Shown in pieces: positions 15,719 to 20,000 of a DNA stretch of 20,000 bases; position 1 is the first letter of the stretch, and the number at the start of each line of letters is the position of its first letter. Position numbers and translations under genes: made by a program. The notes beneath the pieces were generated by a model, which ran no database searches, was not told the origin of the DNA, and saw nothing but the letters and a program-made list of their open reading frames with translations. The stretch comes from an uncultured virus (IMG/VR IMGVR_UViG_3300044622_000297) (Duplodnaviria; Heunggongvirae; Uroviricota; Caudoviricetes). The stretch lies in the IMG/VR virus record IMGVR_UViG_3300044622_000297. One strand, given 5' to 3'.

Positions 15719-16002
15719 GTTTCTTGCCTTCCTTTAAATTTTAAGAAAAGTGCTGTTAAAAGAGGATCGTCTGACGGAAGATGAATCGTTATATACCGAG
15801 ACCCAGTTGACTCTTGTACAAAGTCTCTTACGTCTTTATGAAACAATTTTACCAGCGTCTTTTCGTTACAGACCGCGAATACAAAATCTGCGCCCTGGGA
15901 CGGATCGTCTAGTGCTGCCATTCTAATCCTTATGTGAGAAAGGTACTCGCTCAATGAGCAGTTTTCCCATGTACGTAGATTTATCTTACGCTTCCGCGAC
16001 AT
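15715..16002 (-). CDS. Hypothetical protein, distant LKW-like terminus
   Basis: DPLLTALFLKFK near the C-terminus. Confidence 0.6.
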   Translation of the reverse strand: MSRKRKINLRTWENCSLSEYLSHIRIRMAALDDPSQGADFVFAVCNEKTLVKLFHKDVRDFVQESTGSRYITIHLPSDDPLLTALFLKFKGRQET

Positions 16003-16444
16003 ATTCTTCGGTAGGTGTTACGATGATAATCTTGCTAAAGCCCTCAAGTCGCGTAGGGCGAACGTATTCCTTGCCGAGGTCCTTAGTAACAGCAGCAGGG
16101 ATCTCGAATGCCACAGCCACTACATCGTAGCCAGCAGCGATTAGCAGATCAATCTTTGGCCTACGAGTCGTTAGCGTTAAGTTAGCCCGATCCCATATCA
16201 AATGCCGATACATGTCGATCATGCTCTTAACTCGATCGTTGAACCAATGGCTGGCTGCGTCGATGTTTGCCCTGATTACGTCGCCAAAGGTTTTCTCTTC
16301 TGCCTTTATTTCGCTCTCAACAAGAGCGTCGGGCGCAAGGTGTACAAACTTCTTCTGTAAAAGATAAGGAGCAGACCAGCTTAGCTGGGCTGTACACGGA
16401 ATGCCTACTAACAGGTAGGCAACTGGTTTAATGGTAGTATCCAT
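15986..16444 (-). CDS. AAA_33/polynucleotide-kinase-like protein with degenerate P-loop (start revised to 16444)
   Basis: AYLLVGIP(CTAQL)SW, HLAPD, LIWDRANLT...R, PTRLEGFSKI. Confidence 0.7.
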   Translation of the reverse strand: MDTTIKPVAYLLVGIPCTAQLSWSAPYLLQKKFVHLAPDALVESEIKAEEKTFGDVIRANIDAASHWFNDRVKSMIDMYRHLIWDRANLTLTTRRPKIDLLIAAGYDVVAVAFEIPAAVTKDLGKEYVRPTRLEGFSKIIIVTPTEEYVAEA

Positions 16445-16450
16445 ACTAAC

Positions 16451-16479
16451 ACTATACACTCTTTCGAGGAGTGTGTCAA
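16451..16479 (-). promoter_or_regulatory. sigma70-type promoter TTGACA-N17-TATAGT giving a leaderless mRNA
   Basis: GGTTGACA 16474-16481; -10 at 16451-16456; ATG 6 nt downstream. Confidence 0.8.
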
Positions 16480-16488
16480 CCAGTATTT

Positions 16489-16890
16489 TTACGGGTTTTT
16501 ATCGTTTTCGGGATCGGTACAAAGTGCTTCGAGTAGCTTGTAATGGTTGTAAGACTCTTTGAGCGCAGCAAACTTTTCGAGCTTCTTTGGGTCTGGTATT
16601 AGGATGGCCAACCGCTCTTGCATAACCTTCATAGTCAGCATCATCTCTTTTACGCTCACACCATCTACTTCAACATCATCAGCTTGCATTGTTCCGTGCA
16701 CTACCAGCCCTGGGTTAGTTGCTCCGGTGACGTTTACTGTCGATCCAGCCCAAGTCGGCATAGAACCGGTGGTAGTCAGAGTTGTGTAGGTATTGTTGTT
16801 GGCGCCATACGTTGGAGAAATGGTATAAACGGTTCCGGATGCAGCAGTTATTGAGCCCGTATTAGGCCATTGGATATTGTTAGATGACAT
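16489..16890 (-). CDS. Conserved phage hypothetical protein
   Basis: Low-complexity T/S-rich N-terminus and C-terminal ERLAILIPDPKKLEKFAALKESYNHYKLLE; ATAAGTA late-promoter-like site at 16899-16905. Confidence 0.75.
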   Translation of the reverse strand: MSSNNIQWPNTGSITAASGTVYTISPTYGANNNTYTTLTTTGSMPTWAGSTVNVTGATNPGLVVHGTMQADDVEVDGVSVKEMMLTMKVMQERLAILIPDPKKLEKFAALKESYNHYKLLEALCTDPENDKNP

Positions 16891-16911
16891 AGTAAAATTA
16901 CTTATGCCAGC

Positions 16912-17529
16912 TTAATGCCGCACCTCGTAAACTACTTCAAAATCTTCGCATTCCAAAAACATCTGGGGTGTTGGTTTTGGATTTTCGGATACCATTTTTT
17001 CGAAAGATCTAAATCTGGTCTGATAATCATCAAGACCCCGTAAGGCACCGCGAATTAGCTCAACGCAACTGAGTGCCGAATCACTTGTTAAATCAAACAA
17101 TGTATCGTATGGACGACCCAGATACCCTTTAGCCTGGTCCATAATCTGCGCCCAATGGTCGAGTGTGAGAGACTTTGGTTTTAGCAGGGCAACTGATCCA
17201 CATTGGCCATTAAATACTTGGGCAAAGGTTGAGTAATGAACTCCTGAACGGGTAGCTTCGATCATTCGAAAGTCTGCGTCAGACCGAACTTCGTCTTCTG
17301 TGTTCATTAGGACGTGACTGTAGTAGCCGCGCCTTCTAGTCTGTATCCAATGCGCTATAGCGATCGCGTAGGTCGAAAGGTGCCCGTTTTGTCTTGTGAG
17401 GACAATGTAGTAGCTATCAACTAACATTCCTCTAACTGTTTCAATTTCTGTTTCAGTAAGAACCTTATCGGTTTTCCACGAAATAGATCCTACCCAAGTT
17501 ACGATTTTACTTATTAAAGATGAAAACAT
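16912..17529 (-). CDS. Permuted papain-like amidase (YiiX/YebB, NlpC/P60 superfamily)
   Basis: His before Cys: YYSHV...IEAT..GV...AKGYLGRPYDTLFD...SCVELI. Confidence 0.8.
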   Translation of the reverse strand: MFSSLISKIVTWVGSISWKTDKVLTETEIETVRGMLVDSYYIVLTRQNGHLSTYAIAIAHWIQTRRRGYYSHVLMNTEDEVRSDADFRMIEATRSGVHYSTFAQVFNGQCGSVALLKPKSLTLDHWAQIMDQAKGYLGRPYDTLFDLTSDSALSCVELIRGALRGLDDYQTRFRSFEKMVSENPKPTPQMFLECEDFEVVYEVRH

Positions 17530-17558
17530 AGTTACTTCTCCGTCTGTAACTATTTACC
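17528..17558 (-). promoter_or_regulatory. Late promoter (GGTAAATA) overlapping a start-codon-occluding hairpin
   Basis: atagttac 17528-17535 / gtaactat 17546-17553; TAAATA 17551-17556; SD GGAG in the loop. Confidence 0.6.
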
Positions 17559-17570
17559 GAAAAGCTAGTC

Positions 17571-17606
17571 AAAAAAATAGAGCCACTTAATTCGCGGCTC
17601 TATTTT
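17571..17606 (-). terminator. Intrinsic terminator
   Basis: aaaatagagcc...ggctctatttt stem with a U7 tail on the minus strand, just after the phosphoesterase stop. Confidence 0.8.
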
Positions 17607-17607
17607 G

Positions 17608-18444
17608 TTACAGGATGAAATGCGCGTCTGGATTCCAGCCAGTCATTTCGGTACCGTAGCTGCTTTGGTAGCCACGTGGGTTACACAGAACGCGGGTGTA
17701 ATCGCCAACCATGTAATCCATAACCGAATGTACGTGCCCGTGGATCCAATACTTGATGCGCGGGTTGTCTAGAATGAAATCATCCAACCGGCTGTGGTAG
17801 CCACCGTTCATCAGGAACTGGTCTCTATACCTGTTATCAACGCTCTGTCCAGTTGGCGCGTGGTGCGTAATCATAACCACCGTCTTGTCGATGTTGTGCG
17901 GGTTGTCCAGAATAATCTTGAAGTACTGGAGCGAGCGAACATGCTCGTTAATCGCATCGTGCGGCGTAAAACGAACATACTCGGTTGGCGTCCGAATCTT
18001 CTTAATCACCTCGAAGTCGTTCATACCGTGCTTAACGGCATGCACGGTAAGCGGATCACCACGGTTCATATCGGTCCAAAGTGTAGCACCGACGAACAGC
18101 ACGTTGTCCAGTTCGAAGCAATCATTTTCCATGATGCGGAAATTGTCCGGCAGCTCCTTGCGCATACGAGCATGGGTCTTTTCAAACGCCATGCGGTAAT
18201 GCTCGTGGTTGCCAGCAATCATAAGGACATGCTGATACTTCTTCTCGCACTCCTCAATGAAGAATTGGTTGATCCGGCCCTTGTTGCTGATCTTAATTCC
18301 GGTGCCGTGCTGATCGGGCTCGTACTTCTTCATCTCCTTTGCTTCGCAAGTATCGCCTGCAAGGATAAGAATGTCGCCGCCAGGCAGCGTTGGGTTAGTC
18401 TTCCCAACGTCCAAATGTAGATCTGAGCAATAATTGATTTTCAT
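17608..18444 (-). CDS. Calcineurin-like metallophosphoesterase (start revised to 18444)
   Basis: SDLHL, LAGD, AGNHEHY, GATLWTD, THHAP, WIHGHVH, NPRGY. Confidence 0.92.
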   Translation of the reverse strand: MKINYCSDLHLDVGKTNPTLPGGDILILAGDTCEAKEMKKYEPDQHGTGIKISNKGRINQFFIEECEKKYQHVLMIAGNHEHYRMAFEKTHARMRKELPDNFRIMENDCFELDNVLFVGATLWTDMNRGDPLTVHAVKHGMNDFEVIKKIRTPTEYVRFTPHDAINEHVRSLQYFKIILDNPHNIDKTVVMITHHAPTGQSVDNRYRDQFLMNGGYHSRLDDFILDNPRIKYWIHGHVHSVMDYMVGDYTRVLCNPRGYQSSYGTEMTGWNPDAHFIL

Positions 18445-18451
18445 AGCCTTA

Positions 18452-18480
18452 ATTATACTATCTTTTTTGGTTTTTGTCAA
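18452..18480 (-). promoter_or_regulatory. Perfect sigma70 promoter TTGACA-N17-TATAAT giving a leaderless mRNA
   Basis: TTGACA 18475-18480, TATAAT 18452-18457, ATG 7 nt downstream. Confidence 0.9.
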
Positions 18481-18483
18481 CCA

Positions 18484-18511
18484 AAAATAAGGGCGTTGCC
18501 GCCCTTATTTT
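18484..18511. terminator. Intrinsic terminator
   Basis: aaaataagggcg-ttgc-cgcccttatttt. Confidence 0.85.
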
Positions 18512-18537
18512 AAGCTTCGATTGTTTAATCCTAAAGA

Positions 18538-18780
18538 TTATAGATCGTAGTGAGCGCGTGAACCGAGCTGATCGCGAGCAGTCATACGGAATGCGCCTGC
18601 TCCACGATAGTTCTTGCGGCTTAGAACATTGAGACCAACCTGACGTAGCTCATGAATGCGAGCACGTAGGTTCTTAATGCCAAACTGTGAACGTGCCTGA
18701 GCAACGGTTAATTCACGGCCTGTACCACGCAGATACTCTTGTAAAAACTCGTTTTGGGTCATGTTGTTATTTCTTACCAT
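18538..18780 (-). CDS. Small winged-HTH DNA-binding protein
   Basis: LTVAQARSQFGIKNLRARIHELRQVGLNV; SD AGGAG upstream. Confidence 0.75.
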   Translation of the reverse strand: MVRNNNMTQNEFLQEYLRGTGRELTVAQARSQFGIKNLRARIHELRQVGLNVLSRKNYRGAGAFRMTARDQLGSRAHYDL

Positions 18781-18973
18781 CTTTTAGTTCTCCTATATAG
18801 TTGCTGCTTATTCAGCAGCATTTATACATTATGCGCTATTGCCGTTGCATAGTGCAAAACATTTGGTTAAATCAGTTTGGTTAGATCGCCCAAATCATTT
18901 GTTAACTTTTTTCATTATAAGGCGTTATTTGTATGTAGGCCTACAAACTTACACTAACCTTAAGGAAACCAAA

Positions 18974-19246
18974 ATGAACAAGATTATGATTGTTTTACTT
19001 GCTGCTGTTTCTATGTCCGCTTTTGCTGCTGATGCTGCTAAGGCACCTGCTGCTCCTGCTGTTGCTGCTGCTCCTGCTGTTGCTGCTGCTCCTGCTGTTG
19101 CTGCTGCTCCTGCTGCTAAGGCAGAAGCACCAAAGGCTAAGGCAAAGCCTGCTAAAAGCAAAAAGGCAGCAAAGAAGCCAGCAGCAAAAACTCCTGCTCC
19201 TGCTCCTGCTCCTGCCGCAGCGCCCGCCGCTGTTCCTGCTAAGTAA
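18974..19246 (+). CDS. Secreted Ala/Pro/Lys-rich low-complexity protein (Asr-like composition)
   Basis: SD TAAGGA; signal peptide MNKIMIVLLAAVSMSAFA; 18-bp tandem repeats encoding AAAPAV. Confidence 0.8.
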   Translation: MNKIMIVLLAAVSMSAFAADAAKAPAAPAVAAAPAVAAAPAVAAAPAAKAEAPKAKAKPAKSKKAAKKPAAKTPAPAPAPAAAPAAVPAK

Positions 19247-19247
19247 T

Positions 19248-19400
19248 ATTGAAGAAGAATTCTACGAAGACGATGACTTACTGCATGTCAATAACACACA
19301 TCAAGCCAGAGTCAAGGATGACCTCAGCAACAAGGTTAAACTTAGATTGTTGATGGCACGTAGATTAGCATTACAGGCGTATGACAAAACATGGACCTAA
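19248..19400 (+). CDS. Possible small ORF without a canonical start (ATT) or +1 frameshift extension
   Basis: IEEEFYEDDDLL...LSNKVKLRLLMARRLALQAYDKTWT exactly fills the space between the stop at 19246 and the terminator. Confidence 0.4.
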   Translation: MEEEFYEDDDLLHVNNTHQARVKDDLSNKVKLRLLMARRLALQAYDKTWT

Positions 19401-19415
19401 GGGTCCATGTTTTTT
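19386..19415. terminator. Bidirectional terminator between convergent genes
   Basis: aaaacatggacc-taag-ggtccatgtttttt. Confidence 0.85.
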
Positions 19416-19659
19416 ATCTGACGAATTTGCTTTGTAAGACAAGGAAAATAATTTCGGCTTCGGTTGGCTCGGCGTTAAGAAGTTTAATAAACCTTACCTT
19501 TTGCTTACAATTAGAATCTTCTTCAAAAATTAAATTAGAAGAATATTGAAGCATCAGAGGAATTCGATCACGATCTGTAAAACTATAAATTCCGGCAGGA
19601 TAAAAGTTATTGCCAAGAGGACCAGTATAAGTAGCCTGTACGGTTCTAACGTAGATCAT
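19414..19659 (-). CDS. Hypothetical protein
   Basis: 81-aa ORF; ATGA coupling. Confidence 0.65.
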   Translation of the reverse strand: MIYVRTVQATYTGPLGNNFYPAGIYSFTDRDRIPLMLQYSSNLIFEEDSNCKQKVRFIKLLNAEPTEAEIIFLVLQSKFVR

Positions 19660-19868
19660 ACCTTCGTTAGCGTAAATGTTCCGTCGCCGTTATCTGACCA
19701 GTTAATGTCGTCGCCTTCTTGCCAACCAACTCGTTCCATCATGTCGAGCGGAAAGATCAGATAGCATTCACCGTCGGCATCTTCTTGAACTGTTGCTGTC
19801 CAAGTTTTTGGTCCGTCTTCGAGAATGTCCCACACCTTTTGTTGGTCGTTAAGCATTTGGTCGGCCAT
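19656..19868 (-). CDS. AbrB/MazE-like swapped-hairpin DNA-binding protein
   Basis: WTATVQED...YLIFPLDMMERVGWQEGDDINW. Confidence 0.7.
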   Translation of the reverse strand: MADQMLNDQQKVWDILEDGPKTWTATVQEDADGECYLIFPLDMMERVGWQEGDDINWSDNGDGTFTLTKV

Positions 19869-20000
19869 TTTGCTCTTTCTTTAAAGCATCCCAGGTTGCG
19901 CACTTAGAAATAACTTCTCCTAGTTCTGGTGCCATGTTGAGATTGAATACTTGTTGTTCAAATGGCTGCTTATATACCAGGGCATCTGACCCAGGCATAA
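19849..20000 (-). CDS. 3' end of a hypothetical protein (probably partial)
   Basis: Open frame ...MPGSDALVYKQPFEQQVFNLNMAPELGEVISKCATWDALKKEQNGRPNA* overlapping the next start. Confidence 0.5.
   Translation of the reverse strand, partial: MPGSDALVYKQPFEQQVFNLNMAPELGEVISKCATWDALKKEQNGRPNA

Noticed and set aside
16456..16474. Short inverted repeat acactc/gagtgt in the promoter spacer as an operator
   Set aside because: Only 6 bp and not repeated at the other promoters, so support is insufficient.
17794..18420. 208-aa and 104-aa plus-strand ORFs
   Set aside because: Antisense to a clear metallophosphoesterase.
18990..19247. Poly-Leu ORF (5' part of 18990-19400) and minus ORF 18949-19161
   Set aside because: Alternative-frame readings of the GCT/CCT repeat of the Ala/Pro-rich gene.
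19414..19868. MazEF-like toxin-antitoxin pair
   Set aside because: The gene downstream of the AbrB-like ORF shows no recognisable MazF/PIN/RelE motif.
1..20000. Alternative genetic code (TAG or TGA reassignment)
   Set aside because: Long genes are intact in code 11, TGA is used in many ATGA overlaps, and infA ends at TAG TAG at the expected length. The two broken ORFs need frameshifts, not readthrough.

Overview
A segment of a large tailed-phage (T4-like/jumbo myovirus-type) genome, almost entirely on the minus strand. Positions 1-5741 are late virion genes: an Ig-like repeat structural protein (partial), a tail fibre with a C-terminal chaperone/peptidase-like domain, and a (Gly-X-Ser)n fibre protein. 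The last two have T4-type TAAATA late promoters. The rest is a dense accessory region with four main points of interest. (1) A T4 Rnl1-type RNA ligase is fractured into two separately expressed ORFs by an antisense GIY-YIG homing endonuclease, and the downstream half has its own perfect sigma70 promoter. (2) A translation initiation factor IF-1 gene missed by the ORF track starts at a non-canonical ATA codon, and a ribosomal protein bL12-CTD fusion lies further along. (3) A tandem array of about 10 small paralogues ends in an F/L-x-L-K-W motif; two carry N-terminal pieces of major capsid protein gp23, one of them closely matching the EF-Tu-binding Gol peptide. (4) RBS-occluding hairpins contain late promoters, and several early promoters produce leaderless mRNAs. 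All protein family calls come from motif recognition by eye; no searches were run.
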